Source: Deltaproteobacteria bacterium (lineage in GTDB: Bacteria > Desulfobacterota > Dissulfuribacteria > Dissulfuribacterales > QOAL01). Taken from it: a stretch of DNA of 64,000 nt. The stretch spans positions 17,545 through 81,544 of the forward strand of contig JALVJO010000038.1 in assembly GCA_027028245.1 (NCBI GenBank), written 5' to 3'. The translations under genes were made by a program, and so were the position numbers. Below, in pieces: positions 10,315-20,630 of this stretch (positions are counted from its first letter, which is position 1; each line of letters starts with the position of its first letter). Below the pieces are notes generated by a model. The model was not told where the DNA came from, did not search any database, and worked only from the letters and a program-made list of their open reading frames with translations.

Positions 10315-11486
10315 CTTTTCTCCTTGTAATGAGGCAGACGGCTGTCAACAAGGGGCTGAGATCCGCCGTATGCACCCATGTCGTTAAAAGATCCATCATG
10401 GTCATAATAAAAGGGATCAGGGCTTCCCTTATCAATGCAGGGAGAACCGGGCAAAAGATGAAAATTACCCGCTTTGGGCCCTGCAAATAAAGGGTCCTTT
10501 GAAATATTGCCGTTGATTCCCCTGAAAATAGCCTTTTGCACATCACAAAAGGCTGGCCTTGCAGCCGGTCCTATCCCAGTGAGTGCCAGGCCGTCGGGTA
10601 TGTTGTGCCAAAGAATGAGGTTTGTTATACGGACAGAACCCCTTTCCACAAAGACTGCCCCACCGAAGGATGCCTTGTTTTCAACGTGCGTGTTATTTTC
10701 AATCATTGAAGCAGCTCGGTCGCATGATATGCTGCCTCCGAATACCGCCCTGTTCTTCCAAAAGATGTTGTTTGAAATCTTTGAAAAATCCCTGTTGCAT
10801 GCTATGGCCCCGCCGGAACTGCCTGCTGAATTTTCCAAGAACCTGTTGCGTGCAATCAATCCCCGGGCATGGTCAGCAAAAATGGCTCCACCAGCAACAT
10901 GTGCCCTGTTTCCCTTGAAGAGATTTTCCAAAATCGCCGGTTCCGATTTTACATCGCAGTAGATCCCGCCCCCCAAGACCGCTTGATTGTCAATAAGAAT
11001 GTTGTGCTTGATAACCGGCCTGGAACCTACCCCGCAATAGATGCCTCCCCCTGTTGTAGAAGATTCCAGGCTGCCCTGCCTGACAATGGTAAAGCCCTCC
11101 ACTACAGCTGAACTTCCCTCTCTTATAGTGATAACCGGAATGTTGCCGCGACCAGAAATGGTAGTAAAAAGCGGGCCGTTGGTACTTTTTAAGATTACAT
11201 CTGAATTTTCAGGGATGATAATTCCGGTAAAAAATAGAGTGTATCTTCCCGGTGACACCAGGATGGTATCCCCGTTGCCTGCCTTGTTCAACGCATCCTG
11301 AATGGACGGATAACTGCCCGGAACCCTGAGAACCGCTGCTGACGCCTCCTTTATCAGGGGCCTTGCCGCGACCAACAAAGCAAGAAGAGCGGATAGGAGA
11401 AAGGCAGTACCTTTTAAAGGCAAGGTGCACTCCCGAAATGCAATCAGCGGGCAGCTCTTTTCTGCAGCGGAAGACGAACCAATCAT
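10311..11486 (-). CDS. Secreted right-handed parallel beta-helix protein
   Basis: VPGSYPSIQDAL cap, GGGIYC/GGAI repeats, and C-terminal DPLF...FHLxPGSPCIDxG...DMGAYG. Confidence 0.85.
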   Translation of the reverse strand: MIGSSSAAEKSCPLIAFRECTLPLKGTAFLLSALLALLVAARPLIKEASAAVLRVPGSYPSIQDALNKAGNGDTILVSPGRYTLFFTGIIIPENSDVILKSTNGPLFTTISGRGNIPVITIREGSSAVVEGFTIVRQGSLESSTTGGGIYCGVGSRPVIKHNILIDNQAVLGGGIYCDVKSEPAILENLFKGNRAHVAGGAIFADHARGLIARNRFLENSAGSSGGAIACNRDFSKISNNIFWKNRAVFGGSISCDRAASMIENNTHVENKASFGGAVFVERGSVRITNLILWHNIPDGLALTGIGPAARPAFCDVQKAIFRGINGNISKDPLFAGPKAGNFHLLPGSPCIDKGSPDPFYYDHDGSFNDMGAYGGSQPLVDSRLPHYKEKR

Positions 11487-12802
11487 CTTTTTTCCCAGCC
11501 GATAAAATCGATTCCAGTCGTGACATTTTTGAAGATATGATTCCTCCTTACATATACATGAGCTACATCAAGAAGCCTTATTCCAGAGGTAAAATTTCCA
11601 TATATTTCGTTATCTTCGATGGCAGCCGTTCCTACATCCCATAAACTTATACCGGCCTTCCTGTTCTGAAAGACCGCGTTGAATCTGGCAATAACCTCAG
11701 ATGTTTTGATGCACCTTATGCCCGCCTGCCTGTTGTTGAATATTTGATTGAATTCAATGAATACTCTTGTATTTTTCCCAGGGGACCCGGTGCCGCGTAT
11801 GTTTATCCCCGCCATCATATTTCCATAAATACGATTTTGGGTGATTTTAAGCGGCTTTTTGTGGTTGTCCAGATTCAGTGCACCTATGCCTACTTCGTTT
11901 TGGTAGCAGATGTTGTCGTGAATAACCGGTCTGGCCTTCTCTCTGATGCCGATTCCAGGCGCAAAAATATTCTTCTGATCAGAGGGCGGAAACCTGTTTT
12001 GGAAGATCTCATTATGGGCTATCAGGGCTGCTGAATTACTGCCGTTGGCTATTCCAGGTCCGCTGTTGCCGTAAATAATATTGTTGAGGATTTCTGGTTT
12101 GGCTTTTGTATGCAGTTCAGCACCCATTCCTATGCCCAGGCCGCTGGCAAGAATCCCGCCCCAGCTCTTATTGCCTCGAAAGATATTGTTTACGACACTG
12201 GGAGAACATCCCCTTATCTCCATAAGAAACAGCCGCACGCCGGACCTGTATTTCGGCATATTCTGAAATGTGAACCCGTCAACCTTCATTGGCTCTGTGG
12301 TCTCCGAGGGAAAACTTATGAGATACCCCGGCTCCTCTATCTGACTGCCGTCGATGATCGTTCTGAGTGTCCTTCTTAATACCTTTTTAAGACCTGGTCC
12401 GTCTACCAGTTCGTCTCCCCCGTCACCCTTGAAACTGACAAGGCTAACTCCTGCCTTCATCTTGATGCGCTCCCGATAGACCCCGGGCATGACAACCACG
12501 GTATCACCGGGTTCAGCCATTTCCAGTGCCTCGGAAATATCCTGATAATCATCAGGCACAAAAAGATCAGCTGATTCGGCAATGGTACTGAATAAAAGAA
12601 TAAGTAAAATCAGACCTGGGGAAAAAGCGCAAAGGATCATTTTATAAAATCGATTTCCCGATTCTATAAAGGACATGGATGAGATAGTTTTATCTGAGCC
12701 AGCGGCAACGTCATTCATTATTCCGGGAATATAGCACAATAATCCCTTACAGGGCACCCTGACTGCGGAATAAGTTTGTATTTTCATGCACAGGTGTGGC
12801 AA
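11483..12802 (-). CDS. Secreted right-handed parallel beta-helix protein (true start probably ~12640-12680)
   Basis: VPDDYQDISEAL cap and NxIYxNxxAGI repeats. The signal-like stretch begins about 45-55 aa into the ORF. Confidence 0.8.
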   Translation of the reverse strand: MPHLCMKIQTYSAVRVPCKGLLCYIPGIMNDVAAGSDKTISSMSFIESGNRFYKMILCAFSPGLILLILLFSTIAESADLFVPDDYQDISEALEMAEPGDTVVVMPGVYRERIKMKAGVSLVSFKGDGGDELVDGPGLKKVLRRTLRTIIDGSQIEEPGYLISFPSETTEPMKVDGFTFQNMPKYRSGVRLFLMEIRGCSPSVVNNIFRGNKSWGGILASGLGIGMGAELHTKAKPEILNNIIYGNSGPGIANGSNSAALIAHNEIFQNRFPPSDQKNIFAPGIGIREKARPVIHDNICYQNEVGIGALNLDNHKKPLKITQNRIYGNMMAGINIRGTGSPGKNTRVFIEFNQIFNNRQAGIRCIKTSEVIARFNAVFQNRKAGISLWDVGTAAIEDNEIYGNFTSGIRLLDVAHVYVRRNHIFKNVTTGIDFIGWEKR

Positions 12803-12838
12803 AATCCCTTATTATGACCGTGTGGGATAAAAGCCAGT

Positions 12839-13810
12839 TCAAGAACCATCAAGATGTTTCCGAAAATATTCTATCGTCTTTTTAAGCCCTGACTCCAGTG
12901 AAGTAGTCGGCCTCCAGTCCAAATATTTTCGAGCAAGGCTTATATCAGGCCTGCGTCTCTGGGGGTCATCAGATGGAAGAGGCACAAACTTCAGTTCCGA
13001 ATCAGAACCAGTGATCTCAATAAGTTTACGAGCCAGATCGATTATGGCCATTTCTTGCGGATTTCCCACGTTCATTGGACCAATAAGGTCATCCCCAGAG
13101 GCCATAAAGCGGATCATAACCTCGACAATGTCGTCTACATAGCAAAAGGACCTGGTCTGGGTCCCGTCTCCGTATATTGTGATTGGTTCATTCAGTATGG
13201 CCTGCACAATAAAATTGGAAACCACCCTGCCGTCATCAGGATGCATACGGGGGCCGTAAGTGTTGAATATCCTTGCAACCTTGATCTTGGTGCCATGCTG
13301 CCTGTGATAGTCAAAAAAGAGTGTCTCGGCGCATCGTTTTCCCTCGTCATAACAGGAGCGTTTGCCAATGGGATTGACATTTCCCCAGTAACTTTCCGGC
13401 TGCGGATGAACCTCAGGGTCCCCATAAACTTCAGACGTGGAAGCCTGAAATATCTTTGCTCCTGTTCGTTTTGCCAGGCCCAGCATGTTGATAGCGCCAT
13501 GAACAGAGGTTTTGGTGGTCTGTACAGGATCGAACTGGTAATGAACCGGAGAAGCAGGACAGGCCAGATTGTAGATTTCATCTACCTCAACGTAGAGCGG
13601 AAAGGTGATATCATGCCGCATTACCTCAAAAAACGGGTTGCCAAGCAGATGCACTATATTTTCCCTGGTGCCAGTATAAAAATTATCTACGCAAAGGACT
13701 TCATTTCCTTCCTCCAGGAGCCTTTGACAAAGATGAGAGCCTATAAAGCCGGCTCCCCCTGTAACCATTATTCGTTTTCGCCCCCTGATCTTCTTTCTCC
13801 TTATGTCCAT
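12839..13810 (-). CDS. uxs: UDP-glucuronic acid decarboxylase (UDP-xylose synthase)
   Basis: [41 protein letters not shown] and [11 protein letters not shown] motifs. Confidence 0.93.
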   Translation of the reverse strand: MDIRRKKIRGRKRIMVTGGAGFIGSHLCQRLLEEGNEVLCVDNFYTGTRENIVHLLGNPFFEVMRHDITFPLYVEVDEIYNLACPASPVHYQFDPVQTTKTSVHGAINMLGLAKRTGAKIFQASTSEVYGDPEVHPQPESYWGNVNPIGKRSCYDEGKRCAETLFFDYHRQHGTKIKVARIFNTYGPRMHPDDGRVVSNFIVQAILNEPITIYGDGTQTRSFCYVDDIVEVMIRFMASGDDLIGPMNVGNPQEMAIIDLARKLIEITGSDSELKFVPLPSDDPQRRRPDISLARKYLDWRPTTSLESGLKKTIEYFRKHLDGS

Positions 13811-13832
13811 CTCTTATCACCACTTCATGATT

Positions 13833-14495
13833 TCAATCAGTTGCAGAACATTTGTGTTTCCAGTCTATTCGGGTCTTTTTTACTACAGCAGGCACCCCTG
13901 CTGCCAACGAGTAGGCCGGGATATCCCTGTTGACAACAGAACCAGCTGCAATTATGGAATTCTTTCCTATGGTCACGCCTTTCAAAATTGTGCTGTTCAG
14001 CCCAATCCAGACATTGTCTCCTATCCTTACAGGGGCGGTATCGACTATGCTTCCTGCAGAATGACCATCAGTATCCCAAATGGTAACCCCCTCAGAGATT
14101 GCCACGTTTTCGCCTATCTCTATTTTGTTGAGGCAGGTCAGTGAAAAATTGTTGTTGATGTATCCGCTTCCCAGGACCAGGCTTGCATTCTTATTTATCC
14201 AAATAGAGTGACCAGAATAGATCTTGAAGACCCCGTTTACCTTGAGCTGACCCCCCTGTCTTAAAACCATGTGCGAAGGCATATATCTGCCCAAATGCCA
14301 CTGAATACCAAGCAGCAAGCGGCCGTTACCGGAAAGAGTGCCCCCCTTTCCTACCCTAATCCTGACATTTCTGAAGGGAATCACCTTGAAAGACTTGAAT
14401 TTCAACAAGCAGTAGCATAAGGCGGCGATATTGATCTTCAAAAGATAACCGGCTTTTGAATGCATCAGCATCGGCAAATCAGGTGCCATTGTCAT
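13833..14495 (-). CDS. Hexapeptide-repeat O-acetyltransferase
   Basis: PVRIGDNVWIG..STILKGVTIGKNSIIAAGSVV..AGVPA left-handed beta-helix motifs. Start uncertain. Confidence 0.85.
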   Translation of the reverse strand: MTMAPDLPMLMHSKAGYLLKINIAALCYCLLKFKSFKVIPFRNVRIRVGKGGTLSGNGRLLLGIQWHLGRYMPSHMVLRQGGQLKVNGVFKIYSGHSIWINKNASLVLGSGYINNNFSLTCLNKIEIGENVAISEGVTIWDTDGHSAGSIVDTAPVRIGDNVWIGLNSTILKGVTIGKNSIIAAGSVVNRDIPAYSLAAGVPAVVKKTRIDWKHKCSATD

Positions 14496-15741
14496 CTTCG
14501 CCAGCAGCAATAAACATACGGCCACGAATTATAGCAGAATACATATAGCCTATATACATGGTCAAGAGCATATCGTAAGGGAGGCGGAATCTGATTCTGG
14601 GAAGAAAGACTGCATGGAAAAAGGCACTTCCTATGTAAAGAGACGACAAGAGCCAGTCAAATCTTGAAAATGGAAAGCGCTTAACTGATAGGATTCTGGC
14701 TATTAGACTAAACAGCAGGGGGTAATAGGTAATAAACATTACAACGGCGCGCCATGTATTGAATTCTCCGGAAACACATAAGTTGTTTCTGAAATTAAAA
14801 TAGTCTGTCAACTTTAAAAAATAAAGCCTTAAGGCATGCCAGGGCTGACTGGTCCAAAATTCAATAGTTCTGCGCACATAATAGCTGTTCTGCTCCTCCT
14901 CAGGCAGCTTGGAAGCCTCTTTATAAAAATCTTCGTTAACATATTCGTACCAGGCTGACAAAGAAGTATGAGGATTGTTGCCGATATAGAGAATATCTCC
15001 TCCATGGGTAGTCAGGGGGATGAACCTGTGAAATACTGTATAGTTTCTGTATGCCCAAGCTGACAGGCAGCAAATGGAGACGAAAACGGCTAACGACAGT
15101 CTCTTCAGGATCTGCCTTTTTTTGTTGGAAGTCACAACAAGCCAGACACATATAACAGGAGGAACAAAGATCCCTGTCCCGTGGACCAGTACTATTACTG
15201 CTGACAATATGCCTAAAAGGAAGGCATAGATTGCTCTGAACGGCTGCTGGACAGCCACCCTTACAACAATCAGGAGTATGAGAGCAAATAACGTTTGAGG
15301 ATAGAGGGTGCCTGCTGTATAAAAGATGACACAATATCCCAGCATCAATATTGCAGCGAGTCCAATGCCTTTCCCCGCCTTTTCATATTGCAGAATTGAA
15401 CGCATGGTAAACAGGCAGAAACCCAGAAATACAAAGTTCATATATCGGAGCCATACAACCGATGCCCCCATTTTGATAAAAAGGGCAAGGAGAAAAGGAT
15501 AAACAGGCGGCAGAAAGGCTGTGGGTTTAAGTCCATCAAATGAAAAGCCATTGCCGGCCGCGATATTCTTGGCTATGGCCAGGTAAAGCCTTTCATCTCG
15601 AAATTTCAGCTGGGCTCCCAGATAATAAGAATAAATAAAGCCCCCGATAATAAAAACTGCCAGGGAAAAGAGATAAAGCCGGGCAGAATACCTTTCCTGG
15701 AATATGGTGTTGAATGTTTCACGCTTCGTAAATGACATCAC
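14479..15741 (-). CDS. ArnT/PMT-like (GT-C fold) integral membrane glycosyltransferase
   Basis: About 11 TM segments; DE in first loop, PPxYP, WxYRNY and RFRLP motifs. Confidence 0.75.
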   Translation of the reverse strand: MMSFTKRETFNTIFQERYSARLYLFSLAVFIIGGFIYSYYLGAQLKFRDERLYLAIAKNIAAGNGFSFDGLKPTAFLPPVYPFLLALFIKMGASVVWLRYMNFVFLGFCLFTMRSILQYEKAGKGIGLAAILMLGYCVIFYTAGTLYPQTLFALILLIVVRVAVQQPFRAIYAFLLGILSAVIVLVHGTGIFVPPVICVWLVVTSNKKRQILKRLSLAVFVSICCLSAWAYRNYTVFHRFIPLTTHGGDILYIGNNPHTSLSAWYEYVNEDFYKEASKLPEEEQNSYYVRRTIEFWTSQPWHALRLYFLKLTDYFNFRNNLCVSGEFNTWRAVVMFITYYPLLFSLIARILSVKRFPFSRFDWLLSSLYIGSAFFHAVFLPRIRFRLPYDMLLTMYIGYMYSAIIRGRMFIAAGEDDNGT

Positions 15742-15791
15742 AAATCCCAGGTCTTCAGCTCACGATTCAGGGAGGAACAAGAGTTTTTTAA

Positions 15792-16053
15792 CCGAGATTA
15801 GGCAGGTCGGAAGTTTGTCGAAGATAAAAGGCGAAAGGGCAAGGCGTAGTTTTGTACTTCAAATGCCCGATTCCGCGACATCGCCAGACAGATTCGGTAA
15901 AATTGCGTGCCCCTTGCGGCTTCAAATGCCGAACAATTTTATGCTGGAACTCCTCGCCATTTGGATGGATAGTTTCGGGCATTGTTTTTAAGTTAACCTC
16001 TTGAATTTATAAAATAAATTATTTTGTTCGGCGTTTGAAGTTCATAATCTGGG
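15792..16053. mobile_element. MITE copy 2 (diverged, opposite orientation to copy 1)
   Basis: Ends CCGAGATTAGGCAG and TTCATAATCTGGG. Shares CCCCTTGCGGCTTCAAATGCCGAAC and TTTTGTTCGGCGTTTGAAG blocks with the other copies. TSD eroded (TTTAA/CTTAG). Confidence 0.8.
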
Positions 16054-16182
16054 CTTAGGGAACAAACAAAAAGCCCGGATTGATCCTGCAGCCTGACATG
16101 GTGCAGATCTGCTCAGGAGTCCAAACCACACATGAAGTTCGGCCGTGAGCCGGGCATTCATGCAAAGAATATTGTTAGTCAA

Positions 16183-17931
16183 TCAGTTCATGCTGGAATG
16201 AATATCAAAGCCGTACATGTTTTTCCAGTTGTAGAAATCAACCCATTGACTGCATGACCAATTATCACTCCAGCAAAAGACGTTATCAGGATCTGCCGCC
16301 CTGTAGGCATTATAATCGAGAGTACTGGGGAGCTCGGAAAACTGTGGATTTTTGGTTTTAAGGATCAATTTCTGCCCAGGGCCTGCTTCAATGGAATTAT
16401 GAATAATGGTACATGAGGCATTTGCCCTTACAGGGAAAAGTACTATTTGGGCCGAATCCCATACTGGAGCCCCGTTGTTTATTATGGTATTGAACTGAAT
16501 CGTATGACCAGGTCCAGTCACAACTATGCCGCCGTTTGAATTGCCTTCAATGGTATTCTTTTCCATCAATGTAGAACCAGTGCCGGTATCAAGCATGATT
16601 CCAGCGCTTCTGAGCTGGTTGGATCCGCACGCCCTTATTGTATTGTCCCTTATGATATTCCCCTGACCTACAAACAAAGCGTATATTCCAGCACCGTCAT
16701 ATGCGTATGTGTTTGCATTTTCAATCGTGTTGCCGATTATCTTGTTGTTCTGGACCAAGATATTCTGTTTGGGAAAATCTGTCCAAAGCCCTATTCCAGC
16801 TGAAGCAGTATCATGAACATAGTTACCCCTAATGGTATTGTTCCAGGACCTGGCCCATGAATCAGGACCAGGCGGGCCAAATGAATAAATTACCACGCCA
16901 CTTCCAAGGATTGACTCCACGGTGCTGTCGATGAGGCTGCAGTCATTGGCATTGAAAAACAATACCCCGGACTTGTGCCCTTCCGATCCTATGCCGGATA
17001 CGTGAACGTTTTGCAACACAACGTTATTGCATCTGCATACCATGATGCCCATCTCGTTGAATCCGCTTACGGCAATGTTGCGAATATTGACAAAGGATGC
17101 ATTGAAGATACGAAGGCCATAGCCCAAACGGCTGAGTTTTACATGGGCAGCGGCAGGAGGAACATCAGAATAGAGATAAACCGCCTTTTCATCTGGATTC
17201 CAGTACCAATCACCCGGCTTAACAAGAGAGCTCATGTCTTTTACTGTTTGGGCTTTGCCCAGGGTATAGGGCCATTGTCTTTCCCTGCCATTTTCAATTT
17301 GTCTCACATAGACCTGTTTTTCCGGATCTATCTTGAAAAAGCTGATTCCGGAAACAAGACTGCCGTTTTTGGAGGTCATCCAGAAATTTCGATAGATTCC
17401 ATCCAGCTGCAGCAGCACTGCACCCGGGGCCAGGGAAGCAGGAACACTGTTGAATCTCAATGTGGTAACTGGAGGAACTACCCTTCCCTTGTAAAAAAGC
17501 AAACCAGGTTCATTCAGCCAGTGCACCTGGCCCGTTGTATAAAGATTCCCAGCTATTTTTATCCAGTTGACATTAAAGGGAGAGCTTAGTGTACCGTCTA
17601 TCCTGGGGGGGGCATTCTCAGCATCGCCGAAGTCTGCCACAACAATAGGCTGCTCCTTGGTGCCAGAACTCATCAGGCTGAGCTGCTCGTGCCAGATCTG
17701 TCCGCGTCTTAAAAGAATCTGGTCTCCAGGCAGGAATCTGAATGTGCTGACTCTTCTAAGACTCTTCCATGGACTTTCCGGGGAAGTGCCCGGGAAGCTA
17801 TCATTGCCCCTGACAGCATCAACAAAGTAAGTCTGGGCAGTCACTGGTTCTGGCAGAAGAACTAGACATACTGCAAACCACACCAACAATGTGCTGAAAA
17901 AAATCTCAAATCTTTTCTTGGATAAATTCAT
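16183..17931 (-). CDS. Secreted parallel beta-helix protein, possible polysaccharide lyase/hydrolase
   Basis: Signal peptide, TYFVDAVRGNDSFPGTSPESPWKSL start, PGDQILLRRG and PbH1-type repeats. Lies inside the EPS locus. Confidence 0.75.
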   Translation of the reverse strand: MNLSKKRFEIFFSTLLVWFAVCLVLLPEPVTAQTYFVDAVRGNDSFPGTSPESPWKSLRRVSTFRFLPGDQILLRRGQIWHEQLSLMSSGTKEQPIVVADFGDAENAPPRIDGTLSSPFNVNWIKIAGNLYTTGQVHWLNEPGLLFYKGRVVPPVTTLRFNSVPASLAPGAVLLQLDGIYRNFWMTSKNGSLVSGISFFKIDPEKQVYVRQIENGRERQWPYTLGKAQTVKDMSSLVKPGDWYWNPDEKAVYLYSDVPPAAAHVKLSRLGYGLRIFNASFVNIRNIAVSGFNEMGIMVCRCNNVVLQNVHVSGIGSEGHKSGVLFFNANDCSLIDSTVESILGSGVVIYSFGPPGPDSWARSWNNTIRGNYVHDTASAGIGLWTDFPKQNILVQNNKIIGNTIENANTYAYDGAGIYALFVGQGNIIRDNTIRACGSNQLRSAGIMLDTGTGSTLMEKNTIEGNSNGGIVVTGPGHTIQFNTIINNGAPVWDSAQIVLFPVRANASCTIIHNSIEAGPGQKLILKTKNPQFSELPSTLDYNAYRAADPDNVFCWSDNWSCSQWVDFYNWKNMYGFDIHSSMN

Positions 17932-18116
17932 GGAAGCCCCCTTGACACCAGGCAGTAAACTTATCTATAGAGATCCATGTCCTGCAATGTTTGCCGATAA
18001 TCCCTTTGACATTTTTATCGGCATACATGTTTATTTTATTGAGTTGATTGTTAACTATAACATACCTAAAAAATTATGCATAGCTTAAGAGCTGGCAATG
18101 AGGACAGGCATAGACT

Positions 18117-19553
18117 CTAAATCCATTTTATTCTCCATATGCCCTTCCACACCATCTTGAACAGCAGCAAGCCGTGTCTGAATCGACTTATATTGGTTGT
18201 GCCGTAGGCACGCTCCCGATAACGTATTGGTATTTCAATAATTTTAAGACTGAGCTTTACCGCTCCGAAAAGCAGGTCGAAATCGCCAAAGGGATCAATG
18301 TGGCCAAAATAACTTCTCCCCTTGCTTATTTTTTCGTAGTCATCCCTCCAAAGCACCTTGGTCCCGCATAGGGTATCTCTTATCCTTTGCTCAAACAAAT
18401 AGGTAAAAGCCCTGCTGAAAAATTTGTTTGCTATCAGATTTAAAAAGCGCATTGCTTCTCTTTCCATCTGGTAAACCAGCCGGGAGCCGTTTATAAATTC
18501 TCCCTTGCCATGGGAAATGGCATGGAAAAATTTTGGAAGATCCTCAGGAGGTACCGTAAGATCAGCGTCCAGAATCATAAGCACGTCGTTCTGAGCAGCA
18601 GCGAAGCCCTTTCTTACTGCATCTCCCTTGCCCCTTCCGTCCTGCTTAAGCACTTTGATATCAAGCTGTTTATATTTTTCCCTGACACGCCTGCATTCTT
18701 CCAATGTCCCATCAGATGACCCACCCTCCACAAAAATTATTTCCGTGTGCCTCCCTAGTTTTGGTATCCTCTTGACAGCAGGCTCTATATTTCCCTTTTC
18801 ATTTCTACATGGCACAACGATGCTGCAGGTAACGTCTTCCGGTGGTTTTCTGAGGCGGGAAGGCTTGGCGATAATAATTTCAGTAAGGGCCAGTTTCCAG
18901 ATGAAAGGCATGTTTGCCAGAAATCTGTTAAAAAATGCCGAAACCAACGGAATATAGAAGGGAAGCAGGGTTCGATATGTCTTTCTTATAACATCGAAAT
19001 CTTCAAGATAAAGAAGATTTTCTATGTCCTCCAGGGGAAGCCAGTGCTGAAGTGCCTGGGGCATCCTGAATCGCAATGCCTCAGATGCCTTGATAAGAGG
19101 TACCCAGAGGTAATTGAAATATACGATTATAATCCTTGTCCTGGCATGACATACCTTATGAAGCTGACGAAATGCCTGCTGTATATCATCCACATGTCCA
19201 ATGGTTTCTATTATGACTACATAATCAAATTTTTCTTCTATTTGTATGTCTTCCATGTCACCTACATGGAATTCAAGATCCGGAAAGCTGCTTCTGGCCT
19301 TGCGGATCATTTCAGGGCTTATATCAATTCCTACTCCCCTGGCTGGCTTCAGTGCATTCAGCAGGTCCCCGGTGGCACAACCTATTTCCAGGACTGAAGA
19401 GTCCGGCGGTATCAGATAACGAAGATACTTTTCGAGCTCGCGGTGAAAATACTGGCCTCTTTTCCTCCATTTAGAACGTTCGAACGCAAGCGAATCGAAC
19501 CGCTTGATCAGTTCTTTTTTGTTTGCTGAAATGTTTTTGACTGAGTGATTCAT
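18117..19553 (-). CDS. Fused class I SAM methyltransferase / GT2 glycosyltransferase
   Basis: VLEIGCATG at the N-terminus; IVVPCRNE, GKGDAVR, ILDADL and DTLCGTK at the C-terminus. Confidence 0.88.
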   Translation of the reverse strand: MNHSVKNISANKKELIKRFDSLAFERSKWRKRGQYFHRELEKYLRYLIPPDSSVLEIGCATGDLLNALKPARGVGIDISPEMIRKARSSFPDLEFHVGDMEDIQIEEKFDYVVIIETIGHVDDIQQAFRQLHKVCHARTRIIIVYFNYLWVPLIKASEALRFRMPQALQHWLPLEDIENLLYLEDFDVIRKTYRTLLPFYIPLVSAFFNRFLANMPFIWKLALTEIIIAKPSRLRKPPEDVTCSIVVPCRNEKGNIEPAVKRIPKLGRHTEIIFVEGGSSDGTLEECRRVREKYKQLDIKVLKQDGRGKGDAVRKGFAAAQNDVLMILDADLTVPPEDLPKFFHAISHGKGEFINGSRLVYQMEREAMRFLNLIANKFFSRAFTYLFEQRIRDTLCGTKVLWRDDYEKISKGRSYFGHIDPFGDFDLLFGAVKLSLKIIEIPIRYRERAYGTTNISRFRHGLLLFKMVWKGIWRIKWI

Positions 19554-19589
19554 TAGTCAGGTCTTTTCTTTCTCTGAAAATATGTCTTG

Positions 19590-20630
19590 CTATGGCAGCC
19601 TCTTATCCAAAGTATAAATTTTCCTGGAAGGCTGGCCGGCAGCAGATATTTTGGAGGTGTCCCTTACACGTCTAAATTCTACCTTGGAAAAAAATTCTTC
19701 TTGAGGAAAAACAGCCGGTGCCAAAAGCTGCAAAGTTTTACGTGTATATCCTGAGGCCCTCCAAAGCAGGGCATATCGATCCATTACGTCGGCCCTGTTT
19801 CCAGTTGCCTTGCTGTATAAATATCTCGGCATATTCAGGAACAGTGCCTGGAATATCCGTCCGACACAGGACAGGCAGGTTACCATCCTGCCCCTTTGTT
19901 TCCAGTCCGTATAGGCAAAAGCACATCCCCATTGGAGGCTGTACCATTTGATATGACGAGTCTTGAGCCTTCCTCTGTCTATAATATGACGGGCCACGGC
20001 TTTTCTAGCCCATCCCATTGGAATTCCATGGTCCCTGGCCCTTAATAAAAAGTCACGATCACAGCCCCCGGTGACCATCCTTTCATCAAACCCCCCTATT
20101 TCTGAAAAAACACTCCGGTGGATGAGGCGGTTTCCTCCAGATGGCAGGGGCGGTCTATGCCTGAATTTGTCCGGATTTCTAACATCCGGACTCTCTCCAA
20201 AAAGATCCCTGCAAACAGGCCCCAAGGATTGCAAAACGTCTTCGGGAAGATCCAGTACAATGGGACCGCCAACCATCTTTGCCTTCTGCTCCCTTGCAGC
20301 ATCAAGGAGCAGATACAGCCATGATCTGTGGGTGATCTGGTCATCATCAAAAAAGGCCAGCCACTGTCCCCTGAATTCATGGACGGATCTGTTAAGGGCA
20401 TGGGTATAACCTTGTCCCGATTCCCTGATATATCGAAGCGGCACTTTGGCATTCCGGGCCGCATCTCGGACAACTTCATGAGTTGCATCGGTTGATGCGT
20501 CATCTACAATAAGAATCTCGTAAGAAAATTTCCCTTGGGTATCCTGGGTAAGCATACACTCAAGGAGCTTTTTGAGCAGAGCCGCCCTGTTATAGGTTGG
20601 TATAGCAATAGTTGCTGAAGGGTCAGACAT
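19590..20630 (-). CDS. GT2 family glycosyltransferase
   Basis: IAIPTYNR, IVDDAS, AFFDDD and GGFDE motifs. Confidence 0.9.
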   Translation of the reverse strand: MSDPSATIAIPTYNRAALLKKLLECMLTQDTQGKFSYEILIVDDASTDATHEVVRDAARNAKVPLRYIRESGQGYTHALNRSVHEFRGQWLAFFDDDQITHRSWLYLLLDAAREQKAKMVGGPIVLDLPEDVLQSLGPVCRDLFGESPDVRNPDKFRHRPPLPSGGNRLIHRSVFSEIGGFDERMVTGGCDRDFLLRARDHGIPMGWARKAVARHIIDRGRLKTRHIKWYSLQWGCAFAYTDWKQRGRMVTCLSCVGRIFQALFLNMPRYLYSKATGNRADVMDRYALLWRASGYTRKTLQLLAPAVFPQEEFFSKVEFRRVRDTSKISAAGQPSRKIYTLDKRLP